From Azolla caroliniana (Eukaryota; Plantae; Polypodiophyta), in the NCBI GenBank assembly GCA_043228905.1, contig JBHGNT010000008.1, positions 9,920,001-9,984,000 of the forward strand: a stretch of 64,000 bases of DNA, read 5' to 3'. The position numbers were made by a program, and so were the translations under genes. The first letter of the stretch is position 1. The number at the start of each line of letters is the position of its first letter. The notes under the pieces were generated by a model, which saw only the letters and a program-made list of their open reading frames with translations, ran no database searches and was not told the origin of the DNA. This document shows positions 1 to 12,932 of this stretch, in pieces.

Positions 1-717
1 CGTCAAATGGAGACATTGAAACATTGCTTGTGGGAATGTCATGCTACACAGCAAGTTTGGAGACGAGTGTTCCGAGTTCTTGCTTGTATGTTTAGGAATT
101 GCAGTTTTTCGTGGGGTATGGTAGTATGGGCTACAGTGGCACAAGTGATGTGGCCATATGAGGCATGTCCAAATGACACGATTATTAGAATTCAAAGAGG
201 AATGATAATGGTGGTGCAACGAAGTCAAATGGAGGCTCCTTATATTTTAGAGACAATGCAAGAAGTATGGGAGCTATTATGCACCACCACAATGTGGTTT
301 ATTTGGACTGCTAAGTGTTCTAAGGTGTTTGGTAATACTACTGTTCATCCAGTGGAAAGTGTACGGAATGTCTGGATGGAGATGGTACATACCTTGAAAG
401 GGCGGTATGAGGATATTAAAGGTGCCACAGATGCTGCGGTGTTGCAACGTCTCAAATTTATTGCCTATTGGAAGAAGGCCCCTTTTCTCACAGTACAAAA
501 TTCCAGACCTAAATGGTGCTTAGCACCACCAGTATGGTTGTTCCCACCACCAATCACATAGCTTGGTTAAGAAGTGGTGGAGTGTTCATACTATTTATCC
601 TTGAGGGATGGGACCTAAGGAATAATGCATCAGATCAATGGTAGCTTGATGGTAGGTCAGTTTTTATTGTAATAATTGTTCATAACTAATGAAAGGATAT
701 TTTTCAGGAAAAAAAAA
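1..717 (+). mobile_element. 3' end of an L1-clade LINE (ORF2 C-terminal zf-RVT region, 3' UTR, poly-A)
   Basis: ORF 7-561 has ETLKHCLWEC...W and W-F-I-W-x-x-K-C...F motifs typical of the plant L1 ORF2 C-terminus. It is followed by an A9 tail at 709-717 abutting (AT)n. Confidence 0.75.
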
Positions 718-1275
718 TATATATATATACATACATAAATACATTACATATATACGCATACATACATTCATACATTTACATACATATGACCACATACACA
801 CATACATACATTGGATATATACATACATATTACAAACACATTCATACTCATTGAATCATGTATATTGACAGATGCATATATGCATACACATATATATACG
901 TACATATGCCTACAATGTTATAAGTTTTACAACCATGCATCCATACACATATATACATATATACATACATTACATACATGCATACACATAAATACGTTAC
1001 ATACACATACGTTACATATGTACATACATATCATCACAAACTACAATACATACATATATACATAAATATTACAAACAAACATCCACACACTCATGTATGC
1101 ATATATGCATATACCATACACTATACACATACAAACATACATACATTACATATGTACATTCATGCATGTACATACATACATTGCATATGCATATATTACA
1201 ATCACACATTCATATACATTGAGTCATGTACATTGACATATGGATATATACATACACCTACACACATACACACAC

Positions 1276-1316
<41 letters not shown>

Positions 1317-1332
1317 TACATACATACATACA

Positions 1333-1366
<34 letters not shown>

Positions 1367-1464
1367 CATACATACATACATACATACATACATACATACA
1401 TACACACATACATACACACACACATACATACATACATACATACATACATACATACATACATACA

Positions 1465-1498
<34 letters not shown>

Positions 1499-1915
1499 CA
1501 TTCATACATTACATATGGATATATGCATACACATACATACATTACATATGCATACATATATGTACATTTGTACATAGACATACCTATATTCATTTATACA
1601 TTGCTACATATACATACATATATGTACATTTGTACATAGACATACCTATATTCATTTATACATTGCTACATATACATACATTATATATATACATAAATAT
1701 TATGCACATATTACAATCACACATCCATACACATTGAATCATGTACATTGTCATATGGATATATGAATACACATACATACACAGATAAATTACATATGGA
1801 TATATGCATACACATATGTACATTCGCACATGGACATACATATATTCATTTATACATTGCTAAATATACATACACATATATACATTAGATATATACATAG
1901 ATATTATGTACATAT
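718..1915. repeat. (TACA)n/(CA)n/(TA)n microsatellite-rich low-complexity field
   Basis: Near-pure (CATA)n at about 1310-1495 with degenerate higher-order units around it. The H/T/Y/I and V/C/M/Y ORFs here are artefacts. Confidence 0.95.
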
Positions 1916-3334
1916 TGTGGTGTGCATGTGTTCCTTTGTGCCATCCTTTTAGCTCACCCTTTTTAGGATGCGTGTGCTCAAGTTGACCCACCCTTTTAGC
2001 ACACCATGTTTAGCCAAGCCAACCCAAATGGGTTCCGTTGTATCAACAATAAATTGATTAAGAAGTAAGAAGCGAAGTAGACTGGTTTTGATCTCTTATG
2101 TGCATTTCACATCTTGGTGGAGATGACGGGTACCAGTCCCCCACATCCAAACATCCGCCTCTTCCGCTTCGTAGGTAGCATCGCCCTTGCCACCATCACC
2201 AACACTCTTGTTAGTCTCTTGTAGTAGTATCTCTTCTATTAGCACCGCCTTAGTTCACTAGTTAGGCCTCCCGATATCCACTGCTTCCTCCATCCAAGTC
2301 ATTTTTTGGCGATCGCCATCTATACCTCTCTAGCACGTAAGCCCACTACACCTTCACCTTAGACACTCTCACTTTTCCCACCACTTTTATGTCTTGCCCC
2401 ACCAACTCTTCCCCCTCACCTTAGGTTGCCCACTAACTTCATGTCCCATGAGTTTCTTCGATCCCCCTCCTACACGATAGCCCTCCTAACCCCCACCTCA
2501 GCCAAGTCCAGGTGGCCCTTAGACCACAAGAGTGATTGATCTTTCTTTGCCAAATGATCTTTTCCCCGATCCCCCTTTGACACGATAGCCCTCCTGTCCC
2601 CCACCTCAGCCAAGTCCAGGTGGCCCTCAATCCATAGGAACAATTGATCTTCGCCGCCATATGATCTTTCCTCGATCCCCCTCCGACACGATAGCCCTCC
2701 TGTCCCCCACCTCAACAAAGTCCAGGTGGCCCTCAGTCCACAAGAGTGATTGATCTCGATTCGCCGATTGCTAGCTCGTTTTCCGTCACTAGCCTCGTCC
2801 AACTATCAAGGCCAACATTTCCACGGGGATGTCCTCAACTTCGTTGCAACTCAACTACGTGTCCATAGATGTTTACATCCCCACGCCATCTTCATCGAAT
2901 GCCTCAACAAGACCCTCAAACACGAGATGGCTGCATAAATCAACCCTTTTCGAGCACTCTATGGGCGTAATCCTCACCTCGCACTAGAATTATCAATGGA
3001 TTTCCATTTTAAACCTGTTATGAGATGCTCCCCCTCCTTCGACAAGCCATTGTTCTTGTTCTTGTTCTTGTTCATGTTCATGTACATGTCCTGTTCTTGT
3101 TCATGCCCCTCAATCTCTTGTTTCTCACAGGGGGGAAATGTGGTGTGCATGTGTTCCTTTGTGCCACCCTTTTAGCTCACCCTTTTTAGGATGCGTGTGC
3201 TCAAGTTGACCCACCCTTTTAGCACACCATGTTTAGCCAAGCCAACCCAAATGGGTTCCGTTGTATCAACTATAAATTGATTAAGAAGTAAGAAGCGAAG
3301 TAGACTGCTTTTGATCTCTTATGTGCATTTCACA
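1916..3334 (+). mobile_element. Small non-autonomous LTR retrotransposon (TRIM/LARD-like), 196-bp LTRs, tRNA-Ala PBS
   Basis: LTRs 1916-2111 and 3139-3334 (TG...CA, about 3 mismatches). PBS TGGTGGAGATG at 2115-2125 is complementary to the tRNA-Ala 3' end. PPT AGGGGGGAAA at 3129-3138. 4-bp TSD ATAT (1912-1915 / 3335-3338). No RT or integrase inside. Confidence 0.9.
2459..2756. repeat. Three tandem 106-108 bp repeats inside the small LTR element
   Basis: Units begin CGATCCCCCT..ACACGATAGCCCTCCT at 2459, 2567 and 2673 and share AAGTCCAGGTGGCCCT. Confidence 0.9.
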
Positions 3335-4027
3335 ATATGACAATCACACATCCATATACATTGAATCATGTACATATGTGTATATATGTAATATGTAATG
3401 TATGTATATTTATTTGTATGTGTGTGTGGATGTTTGTTTGTAATATGTATGTAAAATTAATGTATATATATAAGGGGTATGAATGTTTAAGTTAATCTAT
3501 AAAAGTGACAAGTTATAGTAGTGAAAACATTCTAAAGAAAAAATAAAAATAATGTGGGTGAGGGGTTTGAATGAGAATAGGAAAAAATGGGTAAGGAGCA
3601 GGGCTAGAAATAGGAGAGGTTGAAAATAGGAGAAAGTTGGGGAGGGGTAGGGCTTAGAATATAAAGATTTTTACAAGGGGTGAGTACATAAGCCAGTGAC
3701 AAATATAACACCGTGCTATGCGATAGAGTGTAGGGTTGGAGATACAACATGAATAAAAATGAAATACAAAATCTTGGCTACTATGTGTAGTCCCGGCTCC
3801 CGGACATATGAACTACAAGAGAGAGAAAGAGATATAAAAGGGAATGCATCGCTACTAAATGTAGTCTCATCCTTACAAACAATATATATTATACATACAC
3901 TGTGATACACATACATACAAATATGCATACATTACATATTACATATTACATATATACACATATGTACATTCATATATTCAATCATTCATGTTTATTCATG
4001 CAAGCATATATATTTTATGCATACATT

Positions 4028-4628
4028 CAAAGTTCCTAATATTCGCGTACGTCCAATTTATTGGACGTACACAAACGTTTGCAAACGTACGCGTATGATA
4101 CACGATATTTGTTTGGTTTTTTATTTTATTTTTTGGTGTTTTTTTTAATTTTTTGGGGGGAGTTTTTTTTGACGCGTCATCACGTTGTGAGGAGTGATGA
4201 GTCTGAGTCTTTGAGAGTCTGAGAGTCAAGAGCTCTGAGTGATCGTGAATCTGAACTGAGAATCGAGTGCGTTGAGAATCGAGAGCTCTGAGTGAAAATC
4301 AGATTTCTATGAGGAGAAAATCGTGAAAATCATATTTCTGTGAAGGACGAAACGAACAGGGAGCTGATTTCTAATTTCTAATTTCTGATTCCTGAATCCC
4401 GATTCCTAATTCCCGCTCACCCGATTTGTCCAATTTTTCATATTTTTTAAAAATCTTGATTATTTTTTATTTTTCATATTTAAAAAAAAATTAGAGTAAT
4501 AAAAATAAATATAAATATAAATATAGACGAATGGATTCCAATCATACTTGGAGCCAATTCACGTATGAGTATGATACGAATATTCACGTATGAGTATGAC
4601 ACGTTTGAGACGTATGGCTAGAACTATG
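4028..4628. mobile_element. Non-autonomous hAT-type DNA transposon (MITE)
   Basis: Termini CAAAGTTC (4028-4035) and GAACTATG (4621-4628) are a 7/8 inverted match. An exact 8-bp TSD, CATACATT, lies at 4020-4027 and 4629-4636. ACGTA/TACGT subterminal motifs are clustered at both ends. Confidence 0.7.
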
Positions 4629-5645
4629 CATACATTACTATATATATATATATATATATATTCATTGATACATGCATACATTACGTGCACATACATACAT
4701 ACATTCATACTAAACATAATATTCAAACATTCATGCTTTTTTTAATTTAGATTTTTGTCGCCTCCTTTGCTCTACCTCCTCTTTGTTGTCGCCTCTTCTC
4801 CCCTTGCTACTTCTGTCCTCGTTTTGCCACATCTGTTCTCGTTTTGCTGCTGCCGCTGCTCGCCTTGTCGTGCTGCTTTTGCTCACCATTATTCTCTGTT
4901 GGGGCTGCCACAATTACTCTACAAATATTTTATAGGTACACATAAGTACAAACATCATGCATAAACCAACACATAAATTCTTAGACTTACACACACACTC
5001 ACGTACATACATACATACATAAACACACACACACACATAATGTATACAATCATACACACATGCCATACATACAATATATACAACAAACAAAATTAATACA
5101 ATACAATACAATATGTACATACATACACACATATCTATATACACTGACATACATACACATTTACACATAACACATACATACAATACAATATGTACACGCA
5201 CACGTGTGTGTGTGTGTGTGTAGAATATACATACACATATGGACACATATATATGTTGTATGGAACATACACACACACACACACAAACAAACATAACACA
5301 CATCACACATGCTATACATACAATAAATGCAATTAAATACAATACAATACAATATGTACATACCTATATACACATGCAATACAATCCATACAATACCTAT
5401 ATACACATACAGACACACGCGCGCACGCACATGCATACATACACACACACACACCACGCATGCATACCACATACAAACATATACGATGTATGGAACATAC
5501 ATACATACACACAAACATAAAACACAACAAACATGCATACCACATACAAACATATATGATGTATGGAACATACATACGCACAAATCACACATGAATACCA
5601 CATTCACAATGCACACATACACACACATATATGATGTATGATTAT
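4629..5645. repeat. (TA)n/(CA)n/(TACA)n low-complexity field
   Basis: Simple repeats with a short GC-richer island at about 4757-4910. The ORFs are compositional artefacts. Confidence 0.85.
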
Positions 5646-6501
5646 ATGAAAAGTGATAGGTGGGTCATTCTATTTGTAGATAATGGATGAAGAATCTATT
5701 ATTGAAGTGTTTGAACATGAGAGGGATGATAAAGATAAACCTTTGGGCATTGTAAGTGTGAGAGGAACTCTTACATATGCAAAGATCTGAGTCGAAATAA
5801 TTGAGGACGATATATTTTATGAACCATTTTCCTTTGTGTACACAAAAAATAATATTTTGAATGGGAAACAAGAAGAGAAAAAATAATGTTACGACTTCAT
5901 ATGAGTCTATCCATGAAACTAAACATAAGGTTAATTTGTAAGTAATTTCATTATTGATATGCATTTTGGATTGTTCCACATCTGCTCTTTGAGATATATA
6001 TATCAAGTTCAAGATTGTTTTATTGTAAATTACATTTTTTCTTATCACGCTATATTCTTCATATGTCTCAATAAACTAAAGAAAAAACTTATATGTGGCT
6101 TATATATGTTATACCTCTAGTGTTTTGGGTAATGTTTCCTAATCGTGTGTGCATTCTTTGTACTTTACACATTGTGTTTTCAATCTATGTGGCACTTGAT
6201 GAAGCATTTCTAGGAATTGCATATGATGTTTAATGTTCATTCATAATTTTGCGAGTCATCAATTGTAAAGGTGGTCATTGATCCCTTCTAGGATTGGAAA
6301 CTATGTGTGCATGTATATTTTATATGTAAGAGTATTTAAAATGGGTGATTATCAAAATATATATTGGTAGTATGGGGTATTTTTATTAATCTTTTTTCTA
6401 CAAAAGGGTCACTAAAATAGTAAAAACCATACGTATAAGGGGTTTATAAATGATGTCATGAACGCACGTGATACAACCGTCTTATATATAATGGAGTCCC
6501 C

Positions 6502-8250
6502 GAGGTCCGGTTTTGCTTACCGACTAGGCAGTCGGTGCACCTCTCAAGATGCACGTTCTTCACCGGAATGAGGTTGTCATCGGCAAGCCTCTTCATCCCC
6601 TTCACACTCATGTGACACAGTCTCTTGTACCACAGCTCACCGGTAGTGTCGGAAGCCACGTTCACTTCTTCTGGGCATAACCGGGCATTCATCAGGTACA
6701 ACGTGTTGACCTTCCGGGTCCAAGCCACTATCAAGCTCCCTTTACTGAATTTCATAACTCCGTTCCGGATGCTACCCGTGTAGCCTTCATCATCTAGCCG
6801 ACCGGCTGATATCAAGTTCAGTCGAACCTCCGGAACGTGTCGTACATCCTTTAGCAGAAGTTTGCATCCGGTTGGTGTTGTCAACCACATGTCTCCTATG
6901 CTGACAATTTGGCATGTACCTTCATTCCCCATCCGGACACAACCGTGATCACCGGCTGTGTAGGATGAGAAGCATTTCCGGTCCGGGGTAAGGTGGAACG
7001 ACGCTCTGGCATCGACAACCCACGTTGTCTCGTCGTCGGCAAGGTTCAACTCACTCTCCTCGGTGATGAGCATCAACTCTTCTTCACTTGCCGCGATTGC
7101 CGTCGTTCCCTTTCGGTCCGGTCCCCTCCGGTCTTTACCGTTCCGGTTCGGTGTCCGCTTCGAATCGGTACCGTCGGTTTCCTTGTCTTTTCGGAAGTGT
7201 CGATAGTTCTTCTGGAAGTGTCCCGGCTTGCTGCAATAGAAGCAAGTAGGCCTCCCCCTTGACTTTGACTGTGTCCCCGACTTTTCCTGGTTCTGGGGAC
7301 TACGGTTCCTTTTTCTTCCGCGTTCTGATTCGGTAAGGAGCGCTTTGGAGTCGGAGCTCATATCCTTGTCTTTCCGACGCGCCTCCTCATCTAGCAAACT
7401 CGACTTCACTCTTGCTAGGGATAACCGTTTCCCTTCCAGCCCGACATTGCCCAAAGTGACAACCAATGTCTCCCAAGTATCTGGGAGGGAACCGAGCAGG
7501 AGTAGTGCTAGTACCTCATCGGCGAGAGGTACTTCCAATGATGTTGCCTGGTGGATCAGCCCCTAGAAGGCATTCATGTGCTCCACTATGCTAGAGCCAT
7601 CTTGGTACTAGAGTCTTACTAGCTTTCGAAATACCGAAACCTAATTAACAGCATTTTTGTTCTGAAACATAATGTTGATCTTCTCCCAGAGCTCATGAGC
7701 CTTGCTCTCTTCATTGAAGTTGTTGTATAGACTCATGTCGATGAAGCACCATATGTACGCCGTTGTCTTCATGTGCATCACCTCCCATATTGTGGCATCG
7801 ATTTTGTCCAGTCTCTTGTCCCCGAACTGAACCGGCAACCAAAGATCTTTAACCACGAGCATGTCCCTCATCTTCGATTTCCACATTGAGTAGTTGGAGC
7901 CGGTGAGCTTGAACATGCCTCCCAATGAATCGTCCATTTTTCTGTATCGTTTCTCTCTAATACCAGTTTGACGAGAAATACGCGGAATAATCTCCTACCA
8001 CAACCGAAGCGTAGATCACTTGATGACAATCAAACACAGAAGAAATGGGAATGGAGGTAAGTACACAAACAGAAAGAGAATACACAAGATGTTAACGTGG
8101 AAAACCTTGAGAGGGAAAAACCACGGGAGTCTACAGACTCCAAACTATCACTATATCAAAGAGTACAACGGGGAGCACAGAGGCAACGACCTCTTGCTCA
8201 CAATCTTCGCCTATCGGCGGTTACAACAGAGACACGATCTTTGTATATTG

Positions 8251-8281
<31 letters not shown>

Positions 8282-8607
8282 GCACTGTACAGGAGTTACA
8301 CCAATAACTCTATCATGGTCACTCATTGAGTTTGCCCTAGGTCATATTTATACTAATATGACTTTCGAGCTATTTACAAATATAGCCCCAGTGGGCTCTC
8401 AGAAACATATCTACATATATGTCCCTTCATCCGGTGAGAGGTTCTACCCGGGCCTGCAACATCCGGTTCTCACCGGTCTTCCTTGCCGGGTACTCGTCAT
8501 CCAGTTCTCACCGGGTCTTCCGTTGTCGGGCACTCCACATCCGGATCTCACCGGGTCTTCCGATGCCGGGCCTTCGTATCCCATCTGGAGGGACCGAGAT
8601 CCTAACA
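6502..8607 (-). mobile_element. 3'-truncated Ty1/Copia element (Tnt1/Tork-like): 5' LTR, gag, protease, GAG-pre-integrase
   Basis: LTR 7969-8607 (TGTTAGG...CA on minus) followed by a Met PBS (TGGTATTAGAG). Gag MDDSLGGMFKLTGSNYSMW, zinc knuckle CFYCSKPGHF, protease WVVDARASFH, LWYKRLCH. Homology to the 21241-32121 element stops abruptly at about 6502. Confidence 0.9.
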
Positions 8608-8630
8608 CGATCTATGACATTATCCTCCCT

Positions 8631-11600
8631 CTAAGGCCGCCTCCCAGAACTCGCGGCTGACTTAAGTGAGTATCGTTGATGAAAATCGCGAATGGCCTCT
8701 AGAGCATTTTGTAAATGTGTAACTGGTTCCCATGTGGCATTCGAAATGAGGTAACCTTTCCATAAGACCAAATATTGGAGTTGTCGACGAGGATATCGAG
8801 AGTCAAGGATTTGGTCAACCTCATATTCTTCGCCCGTAGACAATTCCATAGGTGGCGGTGGAGGAGGTTGTCGTCCCGGAATTCGAGAAGGATGGTAGAG
8901 TTCTAGGAGAGAAACATGAAAAACATTGTGAATCCTAAATGTTGGAGGAAGCGTTGATCGGAAGGCGACTAGGTTGATCCGCTCGGTGATACGAAAAGGG
9001 CCTAGTCTTGTAGTCCAATTTTGCACAAGGATGTGTGGTGGCGATGTGGCGACGTAACAGCCAAACCATGTCCCCGACTGCAAACGTCGGTGCAGCCAAG
9101 CGATGTCGGTCCGCTTGATCTTTATACTGGTCACTAGTGACACGAAGCTCCAATGAGAGATCATGATGGACATCATGTAAAGCACAGGCACACGTCTCTG
9201 TCGATGGATTGACCGAAGTTGCAAGTATGGACATACTGAAACGAGGGTGAAATCCATAGTTTGCAAAGAAGGGGGAAACCTTAGTCGAAGCATGGATACT
9301 ATTATTGTAGGCAAATTCCACCATTGCAAGGAAGCCCACCCAATCCTCTTGTTGGTAGCTCACGGTACACCGAAGGTATTGTTCGAGGATTTGGTTGACT
9401 CGTTCCGTTTGTCCATCAGTTTGAGGATGGTATGTTGAGGACAAGTTTACAGAAGTCCCGAATGTTTGTAGAAGTCATCGCCAAAAGTGGGAAATGAATT
9501 GAGAACCTCAATCAGAGGTGATATCCTCGGGTAAGCCATGTAATCAAACAACATTTTTAAGAAAAAGGTCAGTTGTCTCTTCCTCGGAAATGGTTTTGGA
9601 ACATGGGACAAAGTGAGCCATCTTCGAAAACCGGTCGACAATGACTAGCACCGTGTCATGGCCACCAACCAGAGGGAGGTCAGTGATAAAGTCCATGGAT
9701 AGAGAGACCCATGGTCGACTTGGAATGGGGAGCGGGTGGAGAAGACCATATGGCCGATGGTGAGGCATTTTGGACTGAGCACATACATCACATCTCATGA
9801 TAAATTCCTTGACAAATTTCCAAGGTTGGGGACACCAAAACCCTCAAGATAGCAATTCCAGGGTTTTCGTGACCCCAAAGTGGCCGGCAAGAGGATCATC
9901 ATGACAGTTTTGTAGTACTCATGTCCGACATGATCCTTCAGGAACGTACAAGAGATGATTACGATATAGTAACCCATCCCGGGTTGTAAATTGGTTGAGA
10001 TATGAGCTTTTCATGCCCGGAGATGGGTCATTGATGCCGGCCATGATTTCTTTGGCGAATGGGTCTAACGTGGTTGTCGTGGCAATCTCGTTGAGCAAAG
10101 AATCATCATGCAACATGCAAGTGGCAAACATCTGAAGTTGATCGGGCCACAACAAACAATGGAATTGTTGTGAATATGCATCATCTCTTGGGCACAATGC
10201 AAAATCAGGACATCGAGAGTGAGCATCAGCTTTCCCATGTTGAACTCCAGGTCGAAACAAGATCTCAAAGTCGTAGTCGGCAAGAAAAGATGACCATTGG
10301 GCTTGCCTCTGATTCAATGTACGACTGGTGGTGAAGTAAATTAGATTTTTGTGGTCGGTCAGCACTTGGATGTGATGTTGGGCCCCAGCCAAATAGGGTC
10401 GCCACTCGGTGAAGGCAGATATGATCGCTGCAAGCTCCTTGTCGTAGACCGGATAATTAATTTCCGGGGCGCTACACTTCTGAGAGTAGAAGGCAACAGG
10501 ATGTAGTGTGCCCTCATCGTCTAGTTGGGACAGGACAACTCCAATGGCAATGTCGAAGGCATCGGCGGTTTCAACTTGGAGGGGCCTTGTGGGGTCGGGG
10601 TAGACCAACACTGGGGCTGCGAGAAAAGCTGCCTTGAGGGCATCAAAAACACTTTGCGTCACAAAGGTCTAAAGAAATGGAGTATCTTTTCTAGTAAGGA
10701 TGATTAGAAGTTCCACTAAAGAGGAAAAACCATTCACAAATCGTTGATAGAAATTTGGAAAACCGATAAATGATTGTACCTCTTTCAACCGAGTAGGGAC
10801 AGGCCAATCGGTTACCTTGCATGCATCCATTCTGATCCCGGAGGGTGAATCGCGTAGCCTTGGAATTCGACAGAGGTCCGATCGAATTCACATTTCTCAC
10901 TTTTGGCGTAAAGTCCATGTTCCCAAAGTTTGGACCTATAGAACCTGTCGGATGTGTCAGGTGTGCTCCGCTGTGTTGGAAGAAAAAACTAAAATGTCGT
11001 CAAGGCATCACCACAAAGTGATCGAGATACTCCCGAAATATATTGTTCATCATGTGCTAAAAGACCGGCGGGTCGTTGGTGAGACCAAAATGCATCACCT
11101 TGTACTCGAAATGTCCATAGCGTTGAGAAGGCAGTTTTCCACTCGTCTCCTGGCTTGACACGCACCAGATTGTAGGCTCCCCGAAGGTCAATTTTGGAGA
11201 AGATATGCTCGGTTTGAAGTCGGTCAAGGAGTGTTGAAATTAAAAGCAAGGGATAACGATTACGTGCCGTAATTTTGTTGATACCCCGATAATCCACACA
11301 TAGGCGTAATGAGCTGTCCTTCTTCTTGACAAATAAGATTGGGGCCCCAATCGGTGATTTGGAGGGTTGAATGAAGCCCTTGGCGAGGTTTTCATCCAGA
11401 TATGTGCGAAGAGCCTCAAGTTCGGGTTCAAATAGCCCATAGATGGGCACAAATGGTGGATGTGCTCCATCTTGGAGTTTGATTGGGCAATCATAAGGGA
11501 GATGTGCCAATAACCGGTCTACATTTCTCTTTCCAAACACGTCCACGCTGGAATCGGCAACGTCGAAGATTGAGTTGAAGTTAGAAGAATGTGCACCCAA

Positions 11601-11691
11601 CCTGAAAGCATCCCCCACACAAGTAACGGTGTCTGTGGAAGAGACCCGTGTTGGTGTTTGTGGAAAGGTGATGGAGTGGCTGCACCAATCC
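8631..11691 (-). pseudogene. Chromovirus pol (RT, RNase H, integrase, chromodomain), frameshifted
   Basis: ORF pieces 10989-11618 (RT), 9919-10662 (RH), 9544-9798 and 8935-9444 (INT), 8631-9329 (GPF + chromo). Confidence 0.9.
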
Positions 11692-12865
11692 TGTGGGGGA
11701 CAAGGCCGTCAATGCGGAAGAGCAGACAATGTCTATGATGGTGAAGAACCTACGTATGCAAGTTAACACTAGATACAGAGAGAGAGAGAGAGAGAGAGAT
11801 AGACACAAAGAAATAGTATTTTATTTCTCAATAGCAACAACTACAAGAATTACAAAAAACAACAACCACTAATGGGTTACAAAGTCACTTTATATAGTGA
11901 CTGTCCTAGGGCAATTGCCCTTTGTGCTATCTATAGAAATAGCCCAAACTTGGGTTGTCCAAGGGGACAATGTGAATACGGCCATTATACACTCGTATTC
12001 GACACTCCCCCGTAATGGGCGTATACATGGGTTATCTAAAGAATTACAGGTATATATACAAGGTTTATCAGACAGATCGGTTTTGTCAGAGTCGGCAAGA
12101 TCCGAAGACAGAAGACCGAACCGGTCGGGTCGGAAGAGCTGAAGCCGATCCTCAGAGTACCGATGTCGGTGGTCCGAAACCGTCCTGTGTTGTGTGTCCA
12201 ACTATAACCGGACCGATTTTTCGTTACGCCCATCTGGTGCCGAAGGGACTAGAAACGATCCGCCGAAAGACACTTGGTCATTCCATCTTCAACATTATCA
12301 GTTGTGGATATCTTCTCTAGACCGATTTTCCCTGAAATGACACAGTCCCGAACGAAGTGATATCGAACGTCGATATGCTTGGAGGTGTTGTGGTGAACCA
12401 GGTTTTTTGACAAAGCAATAGCACCCTGAATGTCGCTGTAGACAACTAGAGTTGAGTCAGAGTCGACCTGTCGAAACGTGTGCGCCAGCCGACCGAGCCA
12501 TAAAGCTTCTTTTGCCGATTCAGACACAACTAAATATTCCGCTTCGGTTGTTGAGGTGGTTGTGCACTCCTGAAGTTTCGACTTCCACGAGATTGCTCTA
12601 TTGCCGAATTTGAAATAGTATCCGGTTGTTGATTTCTGACTGTCCACACAGCCGGCGAAGTTCGAGTCGATGTAACCGACTACGCTTGAGGTTGAGTTCG
12701 GGCCGAAGAGAATGTTGTGGTCTTTTGTGCTAGCTAGATATTTGAACACATGCTTGACTGCGTTGTCGTAGTGTATTTCGTACACTACGTGAAAAAGTAA
12801 AAATAATATAACCGATTTAATTACATATAAATAAATAAAATCAGAATATCAAAATATTTATCACG

Positions 12866-12932
12866 TGCGTAGGGCAAGATTCAAACCCTATACTTCCACG
12901 TAGCCAAACCTCAACTTTACCATTATGCTACC
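12866..12932 (-). promoter_or_regulatory. tRNA-like Pol III A/B-box cassette in LTR U3 (second copy at 15438-15504)
   Basis: On minus: A box TAGCATAATGG (12930-12920), B box GGTTTGAATC (12887-12878), T4 run at 12854-12851. No convincing cloverleaf. Confidence 0.55.

Noticed and set aside
811-1841. Many overlapping His/Thr/Tyr/Ile or Val/Cys/Met ORFs (also 4914-5641)
   Set aside because: They are translations of (TACA)n/(CA)n microsatellite and are open in several frames simply because the repeat lacks stops.
2459-2756. CRISPR-like appearance of the 107-bp and 42-bp (20959-21126) arrays
   Set aside because: The units are repeated in full with no unique spacers, the context is eukaryotic TE, and there are no cas genes.
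5683-5890. Short protein-like frame MDEESIIEVFEHE... with stops
   Set aside because: No recognisable domain, so it cannot be assigned.
3780-6497. Possible minus-strand Helitron (TCCATTATATATAAG start at about 6495; GC hairpin then ATAG at about 3783-3808)
   Set aside because: The 3' end is ATAG rather than CTRR, the hairpin is imperfect, the 5' TC is not preceded by A, and the flanks do not rejoin.
12866-12932. Functional tRNA genes at 12866-12932, 15438-15504 and 33367-33425
   Set aside because: A/B boxes are present, but there is no acceptor stem or anticodon arm. Reported only as tRNA-like cassettes.
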